This document shows, in pieces, positions 7,804-15,624 of a stretch of DNA of 24,000 nucleotides. Position 1 is the first letter of the stretch; every line of letters begins with the position of its first letter. Source of the DNA: Cryptosporangium japonicum (GTDB lineage Bacteria; Actinomycetota; Actinomycetes; Mycobacteriales; Cryptosporangiaceae); the NCBI RefSeq assembly GCF_039524755.1, contig NZ_BAAAGX010000007.1, positions 119,219 through 143,218 on the forward strand, written 5' to 3'. Both the position numbers and the translations under genes were made by a program. Below the pieces are notes generated by a model. That model made no database searches, was not told the origin of the DNA, and saw nothing but the letters and a program-made list of their open reading frames with translations.

Positions 7804-9317
7804 GCGTCGAGATCGTGGGCCGGATGCTGTCCACGCTCCCCGGGGACGACGACCACCCGTACCGCACCGGTCCGTGGCGTCCGCAGACCACCGAGTGGAG
7901 CGCGGACGACCTCGAGGTCGTCGAGGGCGAGGTGCCCGCCGACCTGGACGGCGTCTACCTGCGCAACACCGAGAACCCGCTGCACCCGTCGGTGAAGAAC
8001 TACCACCCGTTCGACGGCGACGGCATGGTGCACGTCGTCGGCTTCCGGGACGGCAGGACGTTCTACCGCAACCGGTTCGTGCGCACCGACGGGCTGCTCG
8101 CCGAGAACGAGGCCGGCGAGGCGCTCTGGGCCGGCGTGTCGGAGAACCCGGCGCTCTCCCGCCGCGACGACGGCTGGGGCGCACGCGGACGCATGAAGGA
8201 CGCGTCGAGCACCGACGTCATCGTGCACCGCGGCACCGCGCTGACCAGCTTCTACCAGTGCGGCGACCTGTACCGCGTCGACCCGTACAGCGGCCAGACG
8301 CGCGGCAAGGAGGACTGGGGCGGCCGGTTCCCGTATCAGTGGGGCGTGTCGGCCCACCCCAAGGTCGACGACCGCACCGGCGAGCTGCTGTTCTTCAACT
8401 ACAGCAAGGAGGCGCCGTACATGCACTACGGCGTCGTCGACGCGGACAACGCGCTGGTGCACTACGTCGACGTGCCGCTGCCCGGCCCGCGGCTGCCGCA
8501 CGACATGGCGTTCACCGAGAACTACGCGATCCTCAACGACCTCCCGCTGTTCTGGGACCCGGCCGCGCTGGAGCGGGGCGTGCACGCGCCGCGCTGGCAC
8601 CGGGACGTGCCGGCCCGGTTCGCGGTGATCCCGCGTCGCGGCGGGACCGATCAGATCCGGTGGTTCGAGGCCGAGTCCACGTACGTCCTGCACTTCACGA
8701 ACGCCTACGAGGACGGCGACGAGATCGTGCTCGACGGCTTCTTCCAAGGCGACCCGGAGCCGGCCGACAACGGCATGGGCGACAAGTGGCAGCGCGCGTT
8801 CCGGTTCCTGGCGCTGGACCGGATGCAGTCCCGCCTGCACCGCTGGCGGCTGAACCTGGTCACCGGCGCCGTCCGCGAGGAACAGCGCTCGGACCGGGTG
8901 ACCGAGTTCGGCATGATCAACGGCGAGCACGCCGGCCGCGACTACCGGTACGTCTGGGCCGCCACCGGCAAACCGGCCTGGTTCCTCTTCGACGGCCTGG
9001 TCCGCCACGACCTGAAGACCGGCGCCGAGGAGCACCTGTCGTTCGGCGACGGCGTCTACGGCAGCGAGACCGCGATGGCGCCCCGCGTCGGCGGCTCCGG
9101 CGAGGACGACGGGTACCTGGTCACGCTCACCACCGACATGAACGCCGACGCGTCGTACTGCGTGGTGCTCGACGCCGCACGCATCGCCGACGGGCCGGTC
9201 TGCAAGCTCAAGCTGCCGGAGCGGATCTCCAGCGGCACCCACTCGACGTGGGCCGCCGGTTCCGAGCTGCGTCGCTGGCAGGATGCAGACACCGCCGCGG
9301 CGGCGGTCGGCCTGTAA
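7800..9317 (+). CDS. Carotenoid cleavage oxygenase family dioxygenase (CCO / lignostilbene-dioxygenase-like)
   Basis: ATG 7800 overlaps the thiolase stop (ATGA). All four His blocks are present: YHPFDGDGMVH, PHDMAFTENY, VLHFTNAYE and SGTHSTW. The protein is 505 aa. Confidence 0.9.
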   Translation: MSVEIVGRMLSTLPGDDDHPYRTGPWRPQTTEWSADDLEVVEGEVPADLDGVYLRNTENPLHPSVKNYHPFDGDGMVHVVGFRDGRTFYRNRFVRTDGLLAENEAGEALWAGVSENPALSRRDDGWGARGRMKDASSTDVIVHRGTALTSFYQCGDLYRVDPYSGQTRGKEDWGGRFPYQWGVSAHPKVDDRTGELLFFNYSKEAPYMHYGVVDADNALVHYVDVPLPGPRLPHDMAFTENYAILNDLPLFWDPAALERGVHAPRWHRDVPARFAVIPRRGGTDQIRWFEAESTYVLHFTNAYEDGDEIVLDGFFQGDPEPADNGMGDKWQRAFRFLALDRMQSRLHRWRLNLVTGAVREEQRSDRVTEFGMINGEHAGRDYRYVWAATGKPAWFLFDGLVRHDLKTGAEEHLSFGDGVYGSETAMAPRVGGSGEDDGYLVTLTTDMNADASYCVVLDAARIADGPVCKLKLPERISSGTHSTWAAGSELRRWQDADTAAAAVGL

Positions 9318-9337
9318 CCCCACCGAAGGACACCCTG

Positions 9338-10267
9338 ATGAGCGACGAGCAGCCCACCGAACTCGAGCCCGGCGGCCCCAACGCCGTCGGCAAGATGCTC
9401 GGCCTGCTCGGCGACGAGTGGACGCTGCTGCTGATCCAGCAGGCGCTGCTGGGCGTCACCCGCTACGGGCAGTTCAAGGCCGCGATGCCGATCAGCAACG
9501 CGGTGCTCACCGCCCGGCTCAACCTCCTCACCCGGGAGGGGCTGCTCGAGCGCAACGTCTACCAGTCCAACCCGCTGCGCGCGGAGTACCTCACCACACC
9601 GCGCAGCCGGTCGCTCTGGCCGTTCATGCTCGCGATCTGGGACTGGGAGCGGAAGTGGGTACCGGGGCACGACCTGCCGCGGATGGTGCACACCGTCTGC
9701 GAACGGGAGTTCGCCCCGGTCCTGTCCTGCGCGTCGTGCGGCAAACCCGCGGCCGCGCGCGAGATCGCCGCGGAGTGGGGGCCGTCGGGCAACTGGGCCC
9801 GCTCGGTGCCGGAGGCCTCCACCCGCCGGCGCTGGGACTCCGAACAGGTCAGCGGCGCCGCCGGGCTGTTCCCCGACACGATGACGATCCTCGGCAACCG
9901 GTGGGCGTCCGCGCTGATCGGGGCCGCGTTCCGGGGCATCACCCGGTTCACCGACTTCGAGAAGGCCCTGTCCGCGCCGCCGACGCTCGTCGCCGACCGG
10001 CTCCGGGCGTTCGTCGCGATCGACGTGCTGGCCGCGACCCAGAACGACAAGCGGCCCGACTGGGCCGAATACCACCTCACCGAGAAAGGTCGGGCGTTCT
10101 TCCCGGTCGTGGCCACCGCCCTGCAGTGGAGCCAGCGCTGGTTCCGCTCCCCCGAGGGCCCGGCGCTGCTGGAGACCCACACCACCTGCGGTGCCGAGTT
10201 CGACCCGCAGTTCCGCTGCGACCAGTGCAGCACCGTCGTGCACCGACGTGACGTCCGGATCGTTTGA
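9338..10267 (+). CDS. Winged-helix transcriptional regulator with two tandem HxlR-type domains, each followed by an H-x2-C-x9-C-x2-C motif
   Basis: A GAAGGA RBS (9325-9330) precedes ATG 9338. Domain 1 reads LLGDEWTLLLIQQALLGVTRYGQF...NPLRAEYLTTPRS. Domain 2 reads ILGNRWASALIGAAFRGITRFTDF...WAEYHLTEKG. The motifs are HTVCEREFAPVLSCASC (9689-9739) and HTTCGAEFDPQFRCDQC (10178-10228). Confidence 0.8.
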   Translation: MSDEQPTELEPGGPNAVGKMLGLLGDEWTLLLIQQALLGVTRYGQFKAAMPISNAVLTARLNLLTREGLLERNVYQSNPLRAEYLTTPRSRSLWPFMLAIWDWERKWVPGHDLPRMVHTVCEREFAPVLSCASCGKPAAAREIAAEWGPSGNWARSVPEASTRRRWDSEQVSGAAGLFPDTMTILGNRWASALIGAAFRGITRFTDFEKALSAPPTLVADRLRAFVAIDVLAATQNDKRPDWAEYHLTEKGRAFFPVVATALQWSQRWFRSPEGPALLETHTTCGAEFDPQFRCDQCSTVVHRRDVRIV

Positions 10268-10289
10268 CTCAACGCTTCAAAGGAGAGGC

Positions 10290-11846
10290 ATGAGCAGTCC
10301 CTCCAACCCCGTCGCCGATGCCGTCGCGAACGCCGAGAGCCTCGCCGACCTTCTCCGCACCACCGCCCGGTCGACCCCCGACGCGCCCGCCGTCGTCGGC
10401 GACGGCCGCAACGTCACCCACGGCGAGCTGGACCGGCGCTCCAACGCGCTGGCCTCCGGCCTGATCGACGCCGGTCTGGCGCCCGGCGACCGGGTCGCGT
10501 ACCTGGCCCGCAACGCCACCGAGTACTGGGAACTGTTCTTCGCCGCCGCGAAGGCCGGGCTGGTCGTCGTGCCGATGAACTTCCGGCTGGCCGCGCCGGA
10601 GGTGGAGTGGATCCTCGACGACGTGACCCCGGCCGCGCTGCTGGTCGAGGAACACCTGGTGCCCCTGGTGCCGGCGTCGTTCGCCGGGCTCCGGCTGGTG
10701 CTTGGCTCCACCTACGAGGAGTTCGTGGCCGCCGCACCGGCCGACGACCCGCACCGCGACTCCACCGGCGACGACCTGTTCAGCATCATGTACTCCTCCG
10801 GCACCACCGGCCGCCCGAAAGGCGTCATGACGACGGTCGCCGGGTTCCTCTGGGCGGTCGGCGCGTTCGGCACCCAGTTCGACGTGTCGTCGGCCTCGGT
10901 CAGCCTCGTCCCGACGCCCTACTACCACATCGCGGCCGGCGGCTGGTCGCTCATCGCGCTCGCCGCGGGCGGCCGGATCGTCCAGTTCACCGAGGTCACC
11001 CCGGCCGGGCTGATCACCTCGATCGTCGGGCACCGGGCCACCCACGTGATCATGGTGCCCACCGTGATGCAGCTGTTCATCTCCTCGCCGGAGGCGTCGG
11101 CGGCGGACTACTCGAGCGTCGAGTGGGTCGTCTACGGCGGCTCGCCGATCTCCGAGTCGGTGATGGTGGGCGCGCAGACGGTGTTCGGGGCGAAGCTCGC
11201 GCAGAGCTACGGGCTCACCGAGACGATCGGCGTGACGACGATCCTGGGCGCCGACGACCACGTGGTCGGGGCCGGGTCGACGTTGCGCTCGGCGGGGCGG
11301 GCCGTGCCCGGCGTCGACGTGGCGGTGGTCGACCCGGTGACGGGTGAGCCGGTGCCGGCCGGCACCACCGGTGAGGTCGTGACCCGCGGCCCGGCCGTCA
11401 CCCCGGGCTACTGGAAGCGCGGCGAGGCCGGAGCGTACTTTCCCGGCGGCTGGTTCCGCACCGGGGACGCCGGCTACCTGGACGAGGACGGCTACCTGTT
11501 CCTCGCCGACCGGATCAAGGACATGATCAGCTCGGGCGGCGAGAACGTGTACCCGGCCGAGGTCGAGAACGCGATCATGGCGCACCCCGACGTGCTCGAG
11601 GTGGCGGTGATCGGGGTGCCGTCCGAGCGGTGGGGCGAGACGCCGCTCGCGGTGGTGGTGCCGCGGGCCGGGGCCGCGGTCGACGGCGCGGCGATCATCG
11701 CGCACTGCCGGGAACGGCTGGCGCACTACAAGTGCCCGACGTCGGTGGAGGTCGTGGCCGACCTCCCGCGCAACCCGTCCGGGAAGCTGCTCAAACGGCA
11801 GCTGCGCGAACCGTACTGGGCCGGACGCGAGAGGGCGATCTCATGA
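10290..11846 (+). CDS. AMP-dependent acyl-CoA synthetase/ligase (FadD-like)
   Basis: A strong AAAGGAGAGG RBS precedes ATG 10290. It carries the adenylate-forming motifs YSSGTTGRPKGV, YGLTE, TGD and SGGENVYPAEVE, plus NPSGKLLKR. Confidence 0.9.
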   Translation: MSSPSNPVADAVANAESLADLLRTTARSTPDAPAVVGDGRNVTHGELDRRSNALASGLIDAGLAPGDRVAYLARNATEYWELFFAAAKAGLVVVPMNFRLAAPEVEWILDDVTPAALLVEEHLVPLVPASFAGLRLVLGSTYEEFVAAAPADDPHRDSTGDDLFSIMYSSGTTGRPKGVMTTVAGFLWAVGAFGTQFDVSSASVSLVPTPYYHIAAGGWSLIALAAGGRIVQFTEVTPAGLITSIVGHRATHVIMVPTVMQLFISSPEASAADYSSVEWVVYGGSPISESVMVGAQTVFGAKLAQSYGLTETIGVTTILGADDHVVGAGSTLRSAGRAVPGVDVAVVDPVTGEPVPAGTTGEVVTRGPAVTPGYWKRGEAGAYFPGGWFRTGDAGYLDEDGYLFLADRIKDMISSGGENVYPAEVENAIMAHPDVLEVAVIGVPSERWGETPLAVVVPRAGAAVDGAAIIAHCRERLAHYKCPTSVEVVADLPRNPSGKLLKRQLREPYWAGRERAIS

Positions 11847-12529
11847 CTTTCCCCATTCTCCGGCAGGTCGTGCTGGGCGCGTCCGACGCCGAGGTGACCG
11901 GCAAACAGCTCCGGGAGACGTTCGGGCTGGCGCCCGGGTTCGCCGACCCGCTGCTCGACGACATCGGCCTGGCCGACGAGACGATCCGGGTCGGGAGCGA
12001 AGCCCACCTGGAGGTCGTCGCCCCGCTGCGCGACGACGTGTCGCTCGCGAACTGGCTGCGCAAGGGCGGCGGTGGCGGCGGATACGCGGTGTCGATCCAG
12101 GTGCCGCTGGTGCAGCCGTTCGTGGACCGCGCCCTCGCCGACGGCGTCCGCCTCGCCGCCGACCTGGAGGCCTACGGCCGCCGGATCGTGCAGCTGCACC
12201 CGCGGGACATGGGGCTGCTCGTGGAGCTGGACGAGATCGGAGACCCGTCGGCCTGGTTCTGGGACGACATCCCGGTCGTCGAGCCGCCGGCCCCGGTGAT
12301 CGACGACGTCCGCGGGGTGACGCTGCACTCGCCCGACCCGGCTGCCCAGGCCCGCCGCTGGGGCGCGGTGTTCGACGCCGACGTCACCGGCGGGCAGCTG
12401 CGGCTCGGCACCCGGACCGTGCGGTTCGCCGAGGGGCCGCGCACGATGCTGGCCGCCGTCGAGCTGCGCGCGCCCGGCCCGGCACCGGAGCCGGTGGAGA
12501 TCAACGGGGTCCGCTTCACGGTCAGCTGA
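11843..12529 (+). CDS. Glyoxalase-like / VOC-fold protein (two halves joined by a Gly6 linker)
   Basis: ATG 11843 overlaps the ligase stop (ATGA). The protein is 228 aa with a glyoxalase-like N-terminus (LRQVVLGASD...LEVVAP). The family assignment is less certain than for its neighbours. Confidence 0.6.
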   Translation: MTFPILRQVVLGASDAEVTGKQLRETFGLAPGFADPLLDDIGLADETIRVGSEAHLEVVAPLRDDVSLANWLRKGGGGGGYAVSIQVPLVQPFVDRALADGVRLAADLEAYGRRIVQLHPRDMGLLVELDEIGDPSAWFWDDIPVVEPPAPVIDDVRGVTLHSPDPAAQARRWGAVFDADVTGGQLRLGTRTVRFAEGPRTMLAAVELRAPGPAPEPVEINGVRFTVS

Positions 12530-13216
12530 GCAGGCGGGCGCGCAGCGCCGCGAGCTCGGCGTCGGGAAGCCCGTTGTCGCGCAGGAAATCCGGCATCCGG
12601 AGCCCGGCGACGGTGGACGCGAGCGACGCCTCGACCGTGGTGCCGTGCTCGGCGAGCAGCCGGCGGACCCGGCCCAGCACGTCGGGATGGCCGAGCGCGG
12701 CGTACCGCTCGGCCATCCGCTCGAACGTCATCAGGTAGTCGTCCGCGATCTCGTCCGGGGTGGCGCCGGCCAGCGCGAGCAGCACCAGCGTCACCAGCCC
12801 GGTGCGGTCCTTGCCCCCGCGCAGTGGATCACCACCCCACCGGGCGCCGCGGTCGCGACCGCCCGGACGGCCGCGACCACCGGCTCCGGGTGCTCGGCCA
12901 GCATCGCCGGGTAGTACAGCGGCGAGGCCAGGTTGTCGATCGCCACCCAGTGGTCGTGGAACGGCGTCCCGATCGGCTCCAGCGGCACCCGCACGGTGGT
13001 GATGCCCGCCGGCCGGGGCGCGACGTCCGGGTCGCACTCCTCGGCGGAACGCAGGTCGACGACCGTCCGGACGCCGTGGTCCCAGGCCGCCGCCCAGCCC
13101 GCGGCGCTCAGCGTGGTCGGCGCCTCCATGCGGACGACCGCCCGGGGCCGCACCCGCCCCAGCCCACCGAGGTCACGAACGTTGACACACCCGTCCCACG
13201 ACAGCTCCCGGCTCAT
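12522..13216 (-). pseudogene. Tyrosine/dual-specificity protein phosphatase (Y_phosphatase3-like) interrupted by a 1-nt frameshift in the CX5R loop
   Basis: Frame A (13216->12791) ends ...GGVVIHCAGARTAPGW*. Frame B (->12522) reads ...GGKDRTGLVTLVLLALAG.... Adding one G to the G5 run (plus-strand CCCCC, 12814-12818) restores VVIHCAGGKDRTGLV, a canonical HCX5R(T) P-loop. Confidence 0.75.
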
Positions 13217-13338
13217 GGGTCCAGGTTAGGGCGGCACCGCACGCCGGGAACGCGCCACTGAGGACACGGTGCCCTGATCCTCCGGGTGGACGGGGGGATC
13301 CCTCGACGGCGCCCGCTATCGTTCCCGCGGGAGGGACG

Positions 13339-13968
13339 ATGGACGGAATCACCGCTCTGGTCAGCGATTACGGCTACCTGGGCCTGGCCGTGCTGGTGCT
13401 GGTCGAGGGCTTCGCGATCCCGGCTCCCGGGCAGACCGCGGTCGTGCTGGCCGCGGGCCTGGCGGGAACCGGGAAGCTGAACGTCGTCGGCGTGGGCCTG
13501 GTCGCGTTCGCCGCGGCCGTGATCGGCGACAACATCGGCTACTGGATCGGCCGGAAGGGCGGCCGGCCGCTGATCCTGCGGTTCGGCCGGTACGTGCGCC
13601 TCACCGAGACGCGCCTCGAACGCGTGGAGGCGTTCCTGTCGCGGCGCGGGTCGGTGGTCGTGACGATCGCGCGGTTCGTCGACGGAATGCGCCAGCTCGG
13701 CGGCCTGGTGGCCGGGGCCACCGGCATGCCGTGGCGGCGCTACGCCACGTTCGAGGCGCTCGGCGCCGCGCTCTGGGCCGGCACCTGGACGACCGCCGGC
13801 TACCTGGTCGGCGGCCATCTCTCCGAGGTCGAGGCCACGCTGCGCCGCTACCAGTGGTACGTCGGAGCGCTCGTGGTCGTGCTCGTCGCGGGCTGGTTCG
13901 TGCTACGCCGACGCCGCCGCCATGCGCTCGCCGGCCCAGGTGTCGAACGAGGTGACGGGGATTCCTAG
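13339..13968 (+). CDS. DedA / SNARE-associated family membrane protein
   Basis: A GGGAGGGA RBS precedes ATG 13339. The blocks LVLVEGFAIPAPGQTAVVLAG, GDNIGYWIGRKGGRP and IARFVDGMRQ are DedA signatures. Confidence 0.85.
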   Translation: MDGITALVSDYGYLGLAVLVLVEGFAIPAPGQTAVVLAAGLAGTGKLNVVGVGLVAFAAAVIGDNIGYWIGRKGGRPLILRFGRYVRLTETRLERVEAFLSRRGSVVVTIARFVDGMRQLGGLVAGATGMPWRRYATFEALGAALWAGTWTTAGYLVGGHLSEVEATLRRYQWYVGALVVVLVAGWFVLRRRRRHALAGPGVERGDGDS

Positions 13969-14817
13969 CGCGCGGGCGAACTCGGGGCGCGCGGGCTGCC
14001 CGGCCTCGTTCAGGAGCTCGTGCGACAACCCGGCGTACGGCGGCATCCCGGCGTCCAGCGCCTCGGCCTCGGTCAGGTCCGGCGCGGTGAACGGCACACC
14101 CACCGCGCGGGAGAGCACCGCGGCGATCTCGGTCATCGACCGGTAGTCGCCGGCCAGTTCCAGCTCGACGCCGTGGAAGCGCGGCGGGTCGGCGACCGCG
14201 GCGGCGACCGTCGCCCCGATGTCGTCGACGGCCACCAGCGACAGGTGGGTGGTCGGCCGCAGCACGGTCGCGATGCCGCCCTCGACGCCGCGCGGCAGCA
14301 GGTAGCGCGCCGAGGGCAGGAAGTTCTCCATGAAGAACGCCGGCTTGACCAGCGTCCAGTACCGGAACCCGGCGTCGCGCACCCGGTTCTCGATGCCGGT
14401 CTTGGCGGCGTAGTACGGCTCCATCGGGGCCCACCGGCCGGTCTCGTAGCCGGGTGCGCTCGCCAGCCGGTCCGATCCGGACACCGAGGTGTGCACGAAC
14501 TGCGCGACGTCGGCGGCCCTGGCGGCCCCGATCAGGTTCGTGGCCTGCCGCAGTTCGCCGTCGAAGTCGTAGGCGCCGTCCTTGACCTCGGCCATCTGGA
14601 TCGAGAACACCGCGCGGACGCCGTCCACCGCGGCGGTCAGCGAGGCTCGGTCGCGCAGGTCGCCGATCACCGGTTCGGCGCCGAGCGCGGCGACGGCGTC
14701 GGCCTTCGCCGGGTCGCGCACCAGCGCACGCACACCGACGCCGGCCGCGAGCAGCGCACGGGCGGTCGCGCCGCCCTGCTGTCCGGTCGCGCCGACGACA
14801 AGAACGGGAGCGGACAT
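13903..14817 (-). CDS. NmrA-family NAD(P)-binding protein
   Basis: An AAGGAGGAG RBS lies upstream of ATG 14817. The N-terminus VLVVGATGQQGGATARALLAAG is a Rossmann motif, and the length and architecture are NmrA-like. It is divergent from a TetR gene. Confidence 0.85.
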   Translation of the reverse strand: MSAPVLVVGATGQQGGATARALLAAGVGVRALVRDPAKADAVAALGAEPVIGDLRDRASLTAAVDGVRAVFSIQMAEVKDGAYDFDGELRQATNLIGAARAADVAQFVHTSVSGSDRLASAPGYETGRWAPMEPYYAAKTGIENRVRDAGFRYWTLVKPAFFMENFLPSARYLLPRGVEGGIATVLRPTTHLSLVAVDDIGATVAAAVADPPRFHGVELELAGDYRSMTEIAAVLSRAVGVPFTAPDLTEAEALDAGMPPYAGLSHELLNEAGQPARPEFARALGIPVTSFDTWAGERMAAASA

Positions 14818-14840
14818 CGCGCTCCTCCTTCGGATCCCGT

Positions 14841-14861
14841 AAACGGCGGGGCCCGCCGTTT
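14841..14861. promoter_or_regulatory. Perfect 21-bp palindrome, candidate TetR operator
   Basis: AAACGGCGGG-G-CCCGCCGTTT has 10-nt arms with no mismatches. It lies in the 92-bp NmrA/TetR divergent gap. A related partial copy, ACGGCGGGGTCCGCC, sits at 14877-14891. Confidence 0.55.
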
Positions 14862-14909
14862 CTCTGTGGCTAAGATACGGCGGGGTCCGCCACTTAGCAA
14901 CCGAGAGGA

Positions 14910-15464
14910 GTGCCGGTGCGAGCCGACGCCCGACGCAACTACGCGCTGCTCCTGGACGTGGCCGCGCGTGCCGTCGCCGAGCAGGGTGCCGACGCGTCGC
15001 TGGAGCAGATCGCCCGCACCGCCGGGGTCGGGTCCGGCACCGTCCGGCGGCACTTCCCGACCCGGCACGCCCTGCTCGAGGCGGTCTTCCGCACCCGGAT
15101 CGACGCGCTGGACGTGCGGGCGCGCGAGCTGGCCGACCGGCCCGATCCCCGCGCCGCGCTGATCGACTGGCTCGACGCCGTGCTGGCGTTCGCCGCCACC
15201 ACCCGGGGCGTGGCCGAGGCCCTCAACCGCGATCACGTCGCCGACCCGGGCGAACCCCACGAGCACTGCGCCACGGCGCGGCTCACCCGGGCCGGTGACC
15301 CGCTGGTGCGCCGGGCCGCGGCCACGCTGACGCCCGGGGTGACGATCGCCGACCTGCTCACGCTCGTCACCGGCATCGCGCTGGCCACCGAGCACCACCC
15401 GGACCGCGCCGCCGAGTCCCGCCGCCTGCTGCACCTCACGATCACCGGCGTGAGCCCCGACTGA
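14910..15464 (+). CDS. TetR-family transcriptional regulator
   Basis: The N-terminal HTH reads RRNYALLLDVAARAVAEQGADASLEQIARTAGVGSGTVRRHFPTRHALLEAVF. The start is GTG 14910, or GTG 14916, which has better spacing from AGGAG at 14906-14910. Confidence 0.85.
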   Translation: MPVRADARRNYALLLDVAARAVAEQGADASLEQIARTAGVGSGTVRRHFPTRHALLEAVFRTRIDALDVRARELADRPDPRAALIDWLDAVLAFAATTRGVAEALNRDHVADPGEPHEHCATARLTRAGDPLVRRAAATLTPGVTIADLLTLVTGIALATEHHPDRAAESRRLLHLTITGVSPD

Positions 15465-15474
15465 CCGCCCCGAC

Positions 15475-15504
15475 CGGCCGCGTCCGGCGAACTCGGCGCG
15501 GCCG
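15475..15504 (+). terminator. Hairpin downstream of the TetR gene (candidate terminator)
   Basis: CGGCCGCG (15475-15482) pairs with CGCGGCCG (15497-15504) around a 14-nt loop. It begins 11 nt after the TetR stop. There is no U-tract. Confidence 0.35.
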
Positions 15505-15585
15505 CGGGTGGCCGAGCCGCCGACTGTCGATCACCGGTGACCGGGAGATCCTCGACGCCGCCGGCGACCTGCTCGCCGAGCTCCT

Positions 15586-15602
15586 GATACGGAAAAGATA
15601 GG
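15586..15602 (+). promoter_or_regulatory. GATAC-N6-GATAGG direct-repeat box upstream of vanR (candidate VanR box at the -35 position)
   Basis: GATACGGAAAAGATAGG is followed after 10 nt by TAGGTT (15613-15618), which ends 6 nt before ATG 15625. The same box occurs at 19941-19957 upstream of vanH. Confidence 0.4.
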
Positions 15603-15624
15603 CGCCGGCTCGTAGGTTGAGAGC

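Noticed and set aside
6538-9323. Long minus-strand ORFs 6538..7635 (365 aa) and 7704..9323 (539 aa)
   Set aside because: They are antisense shadows of the SCP-x thiolase and CCO genes. Their composition is low-complexity (R/A/G/V/P-rich), which is typical of off-frame ORFs in high-GC DNA, and I recognised no motifs.
12065-12082. A GGC/GGT-rich run encoding Gly6 inside the VOC gene
   Set aside because: It is in frame and short, and is most simply a flexible inter-domain linker. It is not a regulatory repeat or a slippage-disrupted site.
15521-15601. A short frame reading RLSITGDREILDAAGDLLAELLIRKR*, reminiscent of a TetR N-terminus
   Set aside because: It is only 26 codons with no start codon or RBS. 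It may be a relic or a coincidence, and it overlaps the proposed vanR promoter. It is not supportable as a gene.
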